DNA of 64,000 nucleotides from Hydrurus foetidus (Eukaryota): positions 62,001 to 126,000 of the forward strand of contig UYFQ01000005.1 of assembly GCA_900617105.1 (NCBI GenBank), in the 5' to 3' direction. Numbering within the stretch: the first letter of the stretch is position 1; each line of letters starts with the position of its first letter. Of this stretch, positions 10,205 to 20,285 are shown piece by piece. Below the pieces are notes generated by a model. That model ran no database searches, was not told where the DNA came from, and saw only the letters and a program-made list of their open reading frames with translations. The position numbers were made by a program, and so were the translations under genes.

Positions 10205-11923
10205 ATGGCAACGATTGGACGACGCGCCTACGCCGAGATTTTTGGCCCCACCGTGGGCGACCGTGTTCGCTTGGCGGACACCGCACTGTTGATCGAAGTC
10301 GAAAAAGACCTCACGCTGATGGCAGGCGGCTACGGTGAAGAGGTGAAATTCGGCGGTGGCAAGACCATCCGCGACGGCATGGCGCAATCGCAACGCACCA
10401 GAGCCGAAGGCGCGGTGGACTGCGTGATGACCAACGCCCTCATCGTGGACGCGAGCGGCATCTACAAAGCCGACATTGGCTTGAAGAGTGGCCGCATCGT
10501 CGCCATCGGCAAAGCAGGCAACCCGGACACCCAACCCGGTGTGGACATCATCATTGGCCCTGGCACCGAGGTCATCAGCTGCGAGGGCAACATCGTTACC
10601 GCAGGCGGCATCGACAGCCATATCCACTTCATCTGCCCGCAGCAGATTGAGGAAGCGTTGGCAGCCGGCATGACCACCATGCTGGGCGGCGGCACCGGCC
10701 CGGCCACCGGCACCTTCGCCACCACCTGCACACCCGGCCCGTGGAACATTGAACGCATGCTGCAAGCCGCCGATGCCTTCCCGATGAACCTGGGCTTTTT
10801 GGGCAAAGGCAACGCCAGCCTGCCCGCTGCCCTGCACGAGCAAATCGACGCGGGTGTCATCGGCTTGAAGTTGCACGAAGACTGGGGCACCACGCCAGCG
10901 GCCATCAGCAATTGCTTGGATGTGGCGGAAGAAACCGATACCCAAGTCGCCATCCACAGCGACACGCTGAACGAGTCCGGCTTTGTCGAAAACACCATCG
11001 CGGCGACCAAAGGAAGAGCACTGTGTGCTTTCCACACCGAGGGTGCAGGCGGAGGCCACGCGCCAGACATCTTGCGCGTAGTGGGTGAGGCCAACTTCTT
11101 GCCCAGCTCCACCAACCCCACCATGCCGTACACGCACAACACGCTGGACGAGCATGTGGACATGCTGATGGTCTGCCACCACCTTGACCCGGCCATCGCC
11201 GAAGATTTGGCGTTCGCCGAAAGCCGCATCCGCAAAGAAACCATCGCCGCTGAAGACGTGCTGCACGACCTGGGCGCCATCAGCATGATGAGCAGCGACA
11301 GCCAAGCGATGGGCCGCGTGGGTGAAGTGATCTTGCGGACATGGCAGACGGCGCACAAGATGAAGGCACAACGCGGCACGTTACCTGAAGACACGGCCCG
11401 CAACGACAACTTCCGCGTCAAACGCTACATCGCCAAATACACCCTCAACCCCGCCATTGCCCACGGCATCAGCCACGAGGTGGGCAGCGTGGAGGTGGGC
11501 AAATGGGCCGATCTGGTGGTCTGGAAGCCCGCGTTTTTCGGCGTGAAACCGGCATTGATCCTCAAAGGCGGCTTCATTGCGATGGCGGCGATGGGTGACC
11601 CAAATGCGTCCATCCCCACGCCACAGCCCGTGCATTACCGCCCCATGTTTGGTGCGTATGGCGGCGCACTGGCACGCGGCTCACTCACGTTCGTCTCGCA
11701 AGCGGGGTTGAATGCCGGCATCAAGGAACGCTTTGGCCTGAGCAAAACCTTGAGCGCGGTGAAGAACATCCGTGGCGTGCGCAAGCAGCACATGGTGCAT
11801 AACAGCTACCTGCCGAAGATGGAGATCGACGCGCAAACCTACGCCGTGCGGGCCGATGGCGTGCTGCTGACCTGCGAGGCGGTGACGGTGCTGCCTATGG
11901 CGCAGCGGTATTTCTTGTTTTAA
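10205..11923 (+). CDS. ureC: Urease alpha subunit
   Basis: [28 protein letters not shown]. Confidence 0.98.
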   Translation: MATIGRRAYAEIFGPTVGDRVRLADTALLIEVEKDLTLMAGGYGEEVKFGGGKTIRDGMAQSQRTRAEGAVDCVMTNALIVDASGIYKADIGLKSGRIVAIGKAGNPDTQPGVDIIIGPGTEVISCEGNIVTAGGIDSHIHFICPQQIEEALAAGMTTMLGGGTGPATGTFATTCTPGPWNIERMLQAADAFPMNLGFLGKGNASLPAALHEQIDAGVIGLKLHEDWGTTPAAISNCLDVAEETDTQVAIHSDTLNESGFVENTIAATKGRALCAFHTEGAGGGHAPDILRVVGEANFLPSSTNPTMPYTHNTLDEHVDMLMVCHHLDPAIAEDLAFAESRIRKETIAAEDVLHDLGAISMMSSDSQAMGRVGEVILRTWQTAHKMKAQRGTLPEDTARNDNFRVKRYIAKYTLNPAIAHGISHEVGSVEVGKWADLVVWKPAFFGVKPALILKGGFIAMAAMGDPNASIPTPQPVHYRPMFGAYGGALARGSLTFVSQAGLNAGIKERFGLSKTLSAVKNIRGVRKQHMVHNSYLPKMEIDAQTYAVRADGVLLTCEAVTVLPMAQRYFLF

Positions 11924-11937
11924 CGCGGAACGGGTCT

Positions 11938-12336
11938 TTATCGCGGAGCAAGGTGGGCGCGAATCCAATCGGCAAAGCCAGCTTCATCGAGCGCACCGCT
12001 GGCGAGGTCTTGCATGGTTAGCACGCAATCAGCATCATCCGCCGTCAGCGTGCAGCCATTCAGGGCCAAGAAAAGCTCAACCGCAACAAAGGCGGTACGC
12101 TTATTTCCGTCCACAAAAGGGTGGTTTTTAGCGATGCCAAACCCATACGCAGCAGCTACCGCTGCCACGTCCGGCGAGCCATAAGCTGCAAGCTGTTGGG
12201 GTCTGGCCAGTGCCGACTCGAACAACCCTGGGTCGCGCAAACCGGAGCCGCCGCCATGCTCGGCAAGTTGTTCCTCGTGAACGGCGTACATGACATCGCC
12301 ACTCAACCAAATCCAAGGGGTGTTGGCGGCTGTCAT
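11938..12336 (-). CDS. Doc/Fic-family toxin
   Basis: HPFVDGNKRTA motif. Confidence 0.9.
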   Translation of the reverse strand: MTAANTPWIWLSGDVMYAVHEEQLAEHGGGSGLRDPGLFESALARPQQLAAYGSPDVAAVAAAYGFGIAKNHPFVDGNKRTAFVAVELFLALNGCTLTADDADCVLTMQDLASGALDEAGFADWIRAHLAPR

Positions 12337-12557
12337 TTAGCGAGTTCCCGCAGCACCTCGCGGCGATCTTTCATGATTTGCTTGGCCAAGGCCATTTGTG
12401 TCTCAAACGCACTGTTGTAGGGCGACAGCATGATGCCGTTGGCTGCGTCGCTCAAATACACCGTATCACCGCGCTCAAGGTGCAGCCGCGCCAAAACCTC
12501 CTTGGGCAAAATGACCCCCACTGAATTCCCAATTTGCGTCAATTTAAGTGCTGACAT
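12333..12557 (-). CDS. AbrB/MazE-family antitoxin
   Basis: LTQIGNSVGVILPKE; 4-bp overlap with the doc gene. Confidence 0.9.
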   Translation of the reverse strand: MSALKLTQIGNSVGVILPKEVLARLHLERGDTVYLSDAANGIMLSPYNSAFETQMALAKQIMKDRREVLRELAK

Positions 12558-12573
12558 GGTGTGCTCCCTACGT

Positions 12574-12589
12574 TATAACAATTGTTATA
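12574..12589. promoter_or_regulatory. Palindromic TA operator candidate
   Basis: Perfect 16-bp palindrome TATAACAATTGTTATA just upstream of the antitoxin start. Confidence 0.6.
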
Positions 12590-12711
12590 TTAACGCAAAT
12601 CATGTCAACTGACCAGCCACCAACGCATCTCCTTTTGTTTGAAGACTGCTTAAACCAGCTTGAGTCACCGGTCTTAATTCCTTACAATTTAACCAATAAC
12701 AAGGAATCAAC

Positions 12712-12933
12712 ATGATCGAATCCACCATCACCAGCAAGGGGCAAACTACGGTGCCGCAGGCTATTCGGGATGCGCTGCACGCAGAGCCTGGGACTCGTCT
12801 GCATTGGAATCTGACACCCGATGGCAGCGTCATCGTCAGAGCCAAAACCTTGTCCATCAAAGACTTGCGCGGCATCCTGAAAGCCCCCACGGGAACCCAT
12901 GTAAGCATCGAAGACATGAACCCCTGGCACTGA
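12712..12933 (+). CDS. AbrB-family antitoxin
   Basis: STITSKGQTTVPQAIRDAL. Confidence 0.9.
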   Translation: MIESTITSKGQTTVPQAIRDALHAEPGTRLHWNLTPDGSVIVRAKTLSIKDLRGILKAPTGTHVSIEDMNPWH

Positions 12934-13331
12934 TGGCGGCGCTTGATACCAATGTCTTGGTGCGCTATCTGGTGCAAGACGACCCGGCGCAAGCAGATCG
13001 CGTTGAGCAGTTGATCGACGCGGCCTTGGCTGCGGGAGAAACTTTGTATGTGCCAGTCACGGTGGCCTTGGAATTGGAATGGGTTTTGCGTTCCAATTTC
13101 AAATTCAGCAAGACGCAGGTGATCTTTGCTTTTTCCCGCATGCTGGCGGCCATCGAGTTGTCGCTTCAAAGCGAAGCCGCGCTGGAAGCCGCCTTGGCCC
13201 AATACCGTAATGGCACCGCAGATTTTGCCGACTGCGTGCATGTGGCACTGGCCCGCGTAGCAGGTGAACAGCCTTTGTGGACGTTTGACCGTGCTGCGGC
13301 CAAGGCGGCAGGCGCTCGTCTTTTGGCATAG
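12933..13331 (+). CDS. PIN-domain (VapC-like) toxin
   Basis: LDTNVLVR...ELEWVL...DFADC...TFD; TGATG translational coupling. Confidence 0.9.
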   Translation: MAALDTNVLVRYLVQDDPAQADRVEQLIDAALAAGETLYVPVTVALELEWVLRSNFKFSKTQVIFAFSRMLAAIELSLQSEAALEAALAQYRNGTADFADCVHVALARVAGEQPLWTFDRAAAKAAGARLLA

Positions 13332-13367
13332 ATGACACATCTATCGCTTCTGTCTTAACGCACAACC

Positions 13368-13389
13368 TACGTACAATGATAAGTACGTA
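13368..13389. promoter_or_regulatory. Operator candidate for the yefM-yoeB pair
   Basis: Inverted repeat TACGTAC-N8-GTACGTA upstream of the antitoxin. Confidence 0.55.
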
Positions 13390-13406
13390 AATCAAGGAAA
13401 TCCGTC

Positions 13407-13676
13407 ATGCAAGCCGTCACATACACCGAAGCCCGCGCCAACTTCACCGCCATGCTGGACAGGGTGAACGACGACCACGCGCCGGTGCTCATCACCCGGC
13501 AACGGGGCAAACCAGCCGTGCTCATCAGCTTGGACGATTTCAATGCGCTGGACGAGACGGCGTACCTGCTGCGCAACCCGGCCAATGCCAGCCAATTGTT
13601 GGCCTCCATTGAGGAGCTGAACCAGGGCCGGGGCAGCGTCAAAACTCTGGCAGAACTCGATGCTATGGCGCAATGA
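13407..13676 (+). CDS. yefM: Phd/YefM antitoxin
   Basis: TYTEARANF...DDHAPVLITR...ETAYLLRNPANA. Confidence 0.9.
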   Translation: MQAVTYTEARANFTAMLDRVNDDHAPVLITRQRGKPAVLISLDDFNALDETAYLLRNPANASQLLASIEELNQGRGSVKTLAELDAMAQ

Positions 13677-13933
13677 GCAGCGTTACTTTTTCAGCCAAGG
13701 CCTGGACGGATTATGTGGAATGGCTGCAAACGGATAAAACCATCATCAAACGCATCAACCTGCTTATCACGGCGATTCAGCGCGATGCCTTTGAGGGCAT
13801 CGGCAAACCTGAGCCACTCAAGCACCAGTTGGCAGGCTGGTGGTCTCGGCGGATCACGGTAGAACACCGGCTGGTTTACCGCATTCTTGAAGGGCGCATC
13901 GAAATCGCCAGCCTCAAGCTGCACTATGTTTGA
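13673..13933 (+). CDS. yoeB: Txe/YoeB toxin
   Basis: GIGKPEPLKH...WWSRRITVEHRLVY. Confidence 0.92.
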   Translation: MSSVTFSAKAWTDYVEWLQTDKTIIKRINLLITAIQRDAFEGIGKPEPLKHQLAGWWSRRITVEHRLVYRILEGRIEIASLKLHYV

Positions 13934-14014
13934 GGCTTTGTTTGATGTTTCGTGCGATGTTTTTTGAGGCTTGCGCTAAGCTCAAGCACAGCGATTTAAA
14001 CCAGGACATTCACC

Positions 14015-14572
14015 ATGGGCTACGCACTGCTTAAACCTTATTCAGAAGACGACTACCTGAGCGCCGAAAACGCATCGCGGGAGAAGCATGAGTTTGTCAA
14101 CGGTGTTGTCTACGCGATGGCCGGGGCCACGGAGCGCCACAACACGGTTGCCGGTAACCTGTTCGCCGCTTGCCATGCAGCACGCCAAAATTCAGGCTGC
14201 CGCCCCTTCATGGGCGATATGCGCTTGCGTTTGGAAGGCGGGCACACCTACTACTATCCCGACGTGATGGTGGTCTGCAACAAAGACGACACCGACCCGA
14301 TGTTCAAAACCCAGCCCTGCATGGTGGCTGAAGTCTGCTCGCCCAGCACCGAGGCCCTAGACCGGCGCGAGAAGTTCGCGGCGTACACCAAGCTGGCCTC
14401 GCTGCACGATTACCTGATCGTGTCTCAAGATGAAGTGCGTGTTGACCACTACACCCGCTTGAGCCTGCGCGAATGGGGTCACAGCCAACTGGGTGCGGGC
14501 GACAGCCTGACTTTGCGCTGCCCGCCGCTGACGCTCACGGTAGACGAGTTGTACGCGGCGGTTGATTTTTAA
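14015..14572 (+). CDS. Uma2-family endonuclease-fold protein
   Basis: KHEFVNG.VYAMAG, YYPDVMV, EV.SPSTEALDR.EK. Confidence 0.88.
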   Translation: MGYALLKPYSEDDYLSAENASREKHEFVNGVVYAMAGATERHNTVAGNLFAACHAARQNSGCRPFMGDMRLRLEGGHTYYYPDVMVVCNKDDTDPMFKTQPCMVAEVCSPSTEALDRREKFAAYTKLASLHDYLIVSQDEVRVDHYTRLSLREWGHSQLGAGDSLTLRCPPLTLTVDELYAAVDF

Positions 14573-15792
14573 TCCACCTTCGCACCCGCCAAAAACCAAG
14601 CCCCAATCAGCGCCCGTTCGTCATCGGTGATGGCGGTGGCGTTGTTCATGGGCATGATTTTCGTGACCACCACCTGCTGGTAGACGGCTTGAGCGTGTTG
14701 CTTGACACTTTCAGGCGAGTCGAGGCGCACGTTCTTCATTTGCACTTGCTCGCCGTGGCACAGGTAGCAGCGCTGCTCAAGCACTTTACGCACTTGTTTG
14801 TAGTCGATTGTGGCTTTACCGCTTTCTGCACCGGCTACATCAGCTATGTTTTTAGGAGCAACCACTTCGGGGCGCAACGCGAAGATCAGCGCGGCAATCA
14901 CAGCGAGGCCGACCAGCGCATAGGGCAAGGGGTTGCTACGCTTGCCCAGTTTCCAGCTGTGGCGCAGCACAAAAAACTGGCGAATCAGCGCCCCGCCCAG
15001 CATCATGAAAATCAAAATCACCCAGTTGTTCGGATTGGTGTAAGTGAAGCTGTAGTGGTTGCTCAGCATCGAGAAGATCACGGGCAGGGTGAAGTAGGTG
15101 TTGTGAACGCTGCGCTGCTTGCCGCGCACACCATGCGCCGGGTCAACCGGCTGGCCCGCACGCAAGGCTGCCACGTTTTTGCGCTGGCCAGGGATGATCC
15201 AAAAGAACACGTTGGCGCTCATGGTGGTGGCAATCATCGCGCCCACCAGCAAGAAGGCGGCACGCCCGGCGAACCAGTGGCAGGCCAGCCACGAGGCCAC
15301 GCAGACCAGCACGGCGACCAGCGCACCTACTGTGGCATCGCCGTTTTTGCCTTTGCCAAAGAGCTGGCAAATACCGTCGTACAGCAGCCAGAACACCGCC
15401 AAAAAGGCCAGCGCCACGCTGATGGCGGCACCGGGTGACCACGCCATCAGGCTTTTGTCGATTAAATAGGTGCTGGCGTTCCACAGGTACGAGACGGTGA
15501 ACAAGGCAAAGCCGGTAATCCAGGTGCTGTAGCTTTCCCAGTACGACCAGTGCAAATGGTCGGGCAGCACTTTGGGGGCGACGATGTACTTTTGAGCGTT
15601 GTAAAACCCACCACCGTGAACGGCCCACTGCTCGCCACCAACGCCTTTGTCTTGAGATGCTTTGTCAGTAGGTGGTTCCAGGCTGTTGTCGAGCATCACA
15701 AAGTAAAGCGATGCCCCCACCCAGGCCATCGCGGTAATAACGTGTACCCAGCGCAACAAGAGGTTGGCCCAGTCGAGGATGTAACTTTCCAT
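14569..15792 (-). CDS. puuD: Urate hydroxylase PuuD-like membrane protein with C-terminal cytochrome c
   Basis: LLRWVHVI...WAVHGGGFY, QRSVHNTYFTLP, CYLCH heme motif. Confidence 0.85.
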   Translation of the reverse strand: MESYILDWANLLLRWVHVITAMAWVGASLYFVMLDNSLEPPTDKASQDKGVGGEQWAVHGGGFYNAQKYIVAPKVLPDHLHWSYWESYSTWITGFALFTVSYLWNASTYLIDKSLMAWSPGAAISVALAFLAVFWLLYDGICQLFGKGKNGDATVGALVAVLVCVASWLACHWFAGRAAFLLVGAMIATTMSANVFFWIIPGQRKNVAALRAGQPVDPAHGVRGKQRSVHNTYFTLPVIFSMLSNHYSFTYTNPNNWVILIFMMLGGALIRQFFVLRHSWKLGKRSNPLPYALVGLAVIAALIFALRPEVVAPKNIADVAGAESGKATIDYKQVRKVLEQRCYLCHGEQVQMKNVRLDSPESVKQHAQAVYQQVVVTKIMPMNNATAITDDERALIGAWFLAGAKVD

Positions 15793-15899
15793 TCAGATGT
15801 TCCTTGGGTCGCTGAAAAAGCGACAGTAAAGCGATGGTCAAGCGCAAATTTTAAAATCGTATGCGCAAAGTGTATACAAAATTTAAACAGGCAGCGCTA

Positions 15900-16736
15900 T
15901 CACGGTGTGGGGGCAAGCGCAGAGGCAAGCAGCAAGAGCTGCGCCACAACGGCCACGGCAATCACTTCGGGCTGCTTGCCCGCTATACCGGGCACACCTA
16001 TCGGGCAGGTGACTTGCGCCAATTCGGTGGCACTGAAACCCCGGGCTTCCAAACGGTGCTTGAAGGTTGCCCATTTGGTGCGGCTGCCAATGAGGCCAAT
16101 GAAGGGCAAATCGTTACGATCCCGCTGGCGGTGCAGACAGGCAGCGACCACATCCAGGTCTTCGGCATGGCTGAAGCTCATGATGAGAACGTGCGAACCG
16201 GGCGTGAGGGTGCTGACCGCATGCTGCACCGGGTCAGAGTGTTCGCACTGCACGCTGGCAGGCAAAGTGGACGGGAAAATCTCGTCACGGCTGTCAATCC
16301 AGCGCACAGCAAAAGGCAACAGCCCCAGCACCTGCACCAAGGCTTTGCCGACGTGCCCCCCACCGAACAGGGCGACGGGTGTGAGCTGGGGCTGCAAGCG
16401 GGTACGTAGGAGAGCCGTATCCGCAACAGTGACGCACTCAAAGTTCAAATACACCACACCACCGCAGCACTGCCCTAAGCTAGGGCCAAGGGCAAAACGG
16501 CGCTGGGAAGGGCTGATGCGTGGTGCATCAGGCAAAGTCAGCATCGCTCGCGCTTGCGCCATCGCTTCAAACTCGAAATGTCCACCGCCCAGGGTATTGA
16601 CTTCGCAACCTGCGAACACGGCCATCCACGCCCCTGGTTCGCGGGGGGCAGAGCCTTCGGTGCTGGCTACCGTCACCAGCACGGCAGGTTGATTCGCTAG
16701 CAAAGACAAAAGGGTAGGAATGACGGTATCGCTCAA
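15900..16736 (-). CDS. xdhC: Xanthine dehydrogenase accessory protein
   Basis: GSAPRE, LGPSLGQCCGG, GLIGSRTK, CPIG. Confidence 0.9.
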   Translation of the reverse strand: MSDTVIPTLLSLLANQPAVLVTVASTEGSAPREPGAWMAVFAGCEVNTLGGGHFEFEAMAQARAMLTLPDAPRISPSQRRFALGPSLGQCCGGVVYLNFECVTVADTALLRTRLQPQLTPVALFGGGHVGKALVQVLGLLPFAVRWIDSRDEIFPSTLPASVQCEHSDPVQHAVSTLTPGSHVLIMSFSHAEDLDVVAACLHRQRDRNDLPFIGLIGSRTKWATFKHRLEARGFSATELAQVTCPIGVPGIAGKQPEVIAVAVVAQLLLLASALAPTP

Positions 16737-16813
16737 GTTACGCTCTGTGGGTTTGAGTTGGTTTCAAATTAAGACAAAATCTGCGCCAAGAACTGTTTTA
16801 AGAGAATACTTGA

Positions 16814-17350
16814 ATGCCACGAATTCTTACCCCTGTGCAGCACTATGGCCTGTTGATGAGTTTAGCGGCAGCAGCCCTGTTACTGGCCGGCTGCCAAAGC
16901 ACCCCCATGCCCCCCCACCAGCCCGACAACGGGCCATCAGCGCCGTCGGGCACCAACACCCCGTCCGTCCCCTCAAACGCCCCAAATACACCGCGCTCTG
17001 CACCGCAACCCTCGCACGCAGGCACACCGCGCGATTACCGGCGCGATGGGGCGCAGCACCTGTACAACCTGAACGGGCACCGCATCTACAAAGGCAAGCT
17101 GCCCCCCATGCTCTACGCGGTGGGCGTACTGGAAACCGAGCTGGATGCCAAAGGCCGCGTGGTTCGCACCCACTGGCTGCGTGCGCCCAAACATGCACCT
17201 GAAGTAATTACCGAAATTGAAAACACCGTGCGCAATGCAGCCCCCTTCCCGGCCCCGGCACGCTTAGGCCGTATGACGTACACGGACACCTGGTTATGGG
17301 ACGAGAGCGGGCGCTTTCAGCTTGATACGCTAACGGAGGGGCAGCAGTAA
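16814..17350 (+). CDS. Putative lipoprotein
   Basis: Lipobox LAGC, Pro-rich linker, TonB-C-like C-terminus. Confidence 0.7.
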   Translation: MPRILTPVQHYGLLMSLAAAALLLAGCQSTPMPPHQPDNGPSAPSGTNTPSVPSNAPNTPRSAPQPSHAGTPRDYRRDGAQHLYNLNGHRIYKGKLPPMLYAVGVLETELDAKGRVVRTHWLRAPKHAPEVITEIENTVRNAAPFPAPARLGRMTYTDTWLWDESGRFQLDTLTEGQQ

Positions 17351-17385
17351 GTGAAAGCATGATCGGCTATTGAGGCATAGCCCCG

Positions 17386-18549
17386 TCAATATGACTTGGG
17401 CAGCCCTAACACCTTCTCGGCGATAAAGCACAGGATGAGTTGCGGGCTGACAGGAGCTAAGCGTGGAATCCAGGCTTCACGCAGGTAGCGCTCAACGTGG
17501 TATTCCTTGGCGTATCCCATGCCCCCGTGGGTGAAGATGGCGTTTTCGCAGGCGTGGTAGCAAGCCTCCGCAGCGAGGTATTTCGCGCTGTTGGCTTCCG
17601 CCCCACAGGGTTGATGCTGGTCGTACAGCCAAGCCGCTTTGTGCACCATCAGATGGGCGGCTTCCAGTTCCATCCATGATTTGGCCAAGGGGTGCTGAAT
17701 GCCTTGGTTCTGCCCTATGGGGCGACCGAACACCTCACGCTCTTGGGCATACAGAGCCCCCCTCTTCAGCGCAGCACGGCCCAGGCCAACGGCCTCGCTG
17801 GCGATCAAAATGCGCTCTGGGTTCAAGCCGTGCAGGATGTAGCTGAAGCCTTTGCCCTCTTCGCCCACGCGGTCTTCAACCGGGATACGCAGACCGTCGA
17901 TGAAGACCTGGTTCGAGTCCACGCACTTTCTGCCCATCTTTTCGATCTCACGCACCTCGATCACACTGCGGTCAAGGTCGGTGTAGAACAGGCTCAGGCC
18001 TTCTGTGCCTTGGCAGTCTTCTTCTGGTGTGGTGCGTGCCAGCAGCAGTATTTTGTTGGCGACTTGCGCGGTGGAAATCCAGACCTTCTGGCCATTCACC
18101 ACATAATGATCGCCTTGGCGTACGGCGCGTGTCTTGAGCTTGAGCGTGTTGAGGCCAGTGTTGGGCTCGGTCACGCCAAAGCAGGCTCGGTCTGTGCCCT
18201 TGATAAGCGGTGGCAACCAGCGCTGTTTTTGCTCGTCAGAGCCAAACACCACCACTGGGTGCAGGCCAAATATATTCATGTGCACCGCCGAAGCACCCGA
18301 CAGGCCCGCTCCGGTAGCCGCGATGGTGTGCATCATGAGCGCAGCCTCGCTGATGCCCAGACCTGCACCGCCATAGGCCTCGGGCATGGCAATGCCAAGC
18401 CAGCCAGAATCCGCCAGCGTGCGGTGAAAGTCCTCTGGGAAATCGCCTTCTTGGTCTTTGCGAAGCCAGTAGTTGGCATCAAACGGCAAGCAAACGCGCT
18501 CAATGGCATCGCGGATTTGTGCTTGTTCAGACGTTAAGGCGAAATTCAT
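17386..18549 (-). CDS. Acyl-CoA dehydrogenase
   Basis: FGVTEPNTG, NGQKVWIS, HGGMGYAKEY. Confidence 0.93.
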   Translation of the reverse strand: MNFALTSEQAQIRDAIERVCLPFDANYWLRKDQEGDFPEDFHRTLADSGWLGIAMPEAYGGAGLGISEAALMMHTIAATGAGLSGASAVHMNIFGLHPVVVFGSDEQKQRWLPPLIKGTDRACFGVTEPNTGLNTLKLKTRAVRQGDHYVVNGQKVWISTAQVANKILLLARTTPEEDCQGTEGLSLFYTDLDRSVIEVREIEKMGRKCVDSNQVFIDGLRIPVEDRVGEEGKGFSYILHGLNPERILIASEAVGLGRAALKRGALYAQEREVFGRPIGQNQGIQHPLAKSWMELEAAHLMVHKAAWLYDQHQPCGAEANSAKYLAAEACYHACENAIFTHGGMGYAKEYHVERYLREAWIPRLAPVSPQLILCFIAEKVLGLPKSY

Positions 18550-18965
18550 GCAGGGTCTCCCAATTCAGCGTGATGCACCACAGTCTCTGGCCGAATGACC
18601 TTGTCTGGTGATTCGCCGTAGGGCGGGGTGTAGATCACCAGCAGGCGCACCGGTGTCTCACTCGTCACCGTGAACACGTGCATCTGGTCAGCCGGGAAAA
18701 AGCACATATCACCGGGCTCCATCTCAAAAGCCTCGCCAGCGACTTGCGCATGGGCCGTGCCTTCCAATAAGTAGCAAGCCTGTTCGATGCCGGGATGCGC
18801 ATGGGGCAACGCACCGCCACCCTTGTGCAAGGTGCCCAGCAACACTTCCATCTGCTTGGCACCTACGGTTTCTTGGCCAATCAGGCGCTGGTTGCTGGTG
18901 TGGGCATGGTTGGCAGGCTGATAGACGGGCACATCAGCGGTTCGCACGAGGTAGCGTGAGGTCAT
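18546..18965 (-). CDS. Cupin-domain protein
   Basis: PHAH..EQ..YLLEG...FFPADQMH; start at MTSRY. Confidence 0.85.
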   Translation of the reverse strand: MTSRYLVRTADVPVYQPANHAHTSNQRLIGQETVGAKQMEVLLGTLHKGGGALPHAHPGIEQACYLLEGTAHAQVAGEAFEMEPGDMCFFPADQMHVFTVTSETPVRLLVIYTPPYGESPDKVIRPETVVHHAELGDPA

Positions 18966-19047
18966 GGGGTCTCCTGGAAGGGTGAGCGGGGAGTGGTAGA
19001 CGAGGTAAAGGGGTTCGTGGAGTTGAACGCTGTATTTGCACAGTGGA

Positions 19048-20280
19048 TCAGAACGCAGCCTCGCCGCAAACACCGTCGGCCAGCAGTTCATTGATCTGGT
19101 GTGCGCTGTAGCCCGCTTCAGCCAGCAGTTCGCGCGTGTGTTCGCCCAAGCGCGGCGCCGGGGTTTGTGCGCGATGGGGCGGTGTCGCTGACCAGCGCGT
19201 GGGGTGGGCCATCGTGTGCAGCAGGCCCTCGCTCGGGTGCTGGGTGTCCTGCATGAAACCGGTGGCCCGCAGCTGGGGGTGGGTCAGTAAATCAGCAGGG
19301 CTGTTCATCGGCATGTTAGGCACATCGGCGGCATCCAGCAGTGTGCGCCACTCGACGGTGGTGCGCTCGTGCATGAGACGTGCCACCTCGGCGTACACGG
19401 CATCGATGTTCGCGGCGCGTGCACTGTGGGTGGCAAAACGCGGGTCTAGTGCCAGCCCCTGCGCCTCACCAATGGCCTCAAAAAAACTGCGCCAATGTTT
19501 GTCGTTGTAGATCAGCACACACAGCATGCCGTCACGGGTGGCGTAGGGCTTGCGGTGCGGGGTGAGCAAACGGGCATAGCCAGGCTCACCACGCGGTGGC
19601 TCGAAGGTCAAACCCGCCATGTGGTCGCCCAAAACGAACTGCGCCATAGCTTCAAACATGGGTACCACCACCGCTTGCCCCAACCCAGTCTGGCTGCGGG
19701 CATAAAGCGCTGCGGTAACGGCATACACAGCGTGCAGGCCCGTCAGGCGATCGGACAGCGTGGTCGGCGTATAGCCGGGCTCAGAAGCACCGTACTGCTG
19801 CATCAACCACGGTATACCGGTCGCGCCCTGGATCAGGTCGTCATAGGCTGGACGCGCTGCGTCCGGGCCGTCTTGGTCAAAGCCACAGCAACTGACGTGA
19901 ATGATGCGAGGATTGCGTGCACGCACCGAGGCATCGTCCAACCCCAGACGGGCCAGTGCCTGCGGACGAACATTGCTGATGAGCACATCGCACTGCTCGG
20001 CCAGCTTCAGCACGGCCTCGCGCCCCTGGGGGTGCTTCAGATCCAGCACGATACTGCGCTTGCCTGCATTGGCGTGCAGAAAAATATGCCCCATGCCGGG
20101 ATGGTTCATCGGGCCGACATGGCGCATGTTGTCGCCTTCAGGAGGCTCCACCTTGATGACATTGGCCCCCAGCTGGGCCAAGATTTGGGTGGAAAATGGC
20201 CCCATGATGACCGAGGTCAGGTCGAGAACCTTCACCCCTGCCAGCGGCCCCGCGAGCCCGGTCTGCTTGATCGTGTCCAT
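19048..20280 (-). CDS. CaiB/BaiF family III CoA-transferase
   Basis: PLAGVKVLDL, VIKVEPPEGD, APRLGEHT. Confidence 0.93.
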   Translation of the reverse strand: MDTIKQTGLAGPLAGVKVLDLTSVIMGPFSTQILAQLGANVIKVEPPEGDNMRHVGPMNHPGMGHIFLHANAGKRSIVLDLKHPQGREAVLKLAEQCDVLISNVRPQALARLGLDDASVRARNPRIIHVSCCGFDQDGPDAARPAYDDLIQGATGIPWLMQQYGASEPGYTPTTLSDRLTGLHAVYAVTAALYARSQTGLGQAVVVPMFEAMAQFVLGDHMAGLTFEPPRGEPGYARLLTPHRKPYATRDGMLCVLIYNDKHWRSFFEAIGEAQGLALDPRFATHSARAANIDAVYAEVARLMHERTTVEWRTLLDAADVPNMPMNSPADLLTHPQLRATGFMQDTQHPSEGLLHTMAHPTRWSATPPHRAQTPAPRLGEHTRELLAEAGYSAHQINELLADGVCGEAAF

Positions 20281-20285
20281 GGTGC

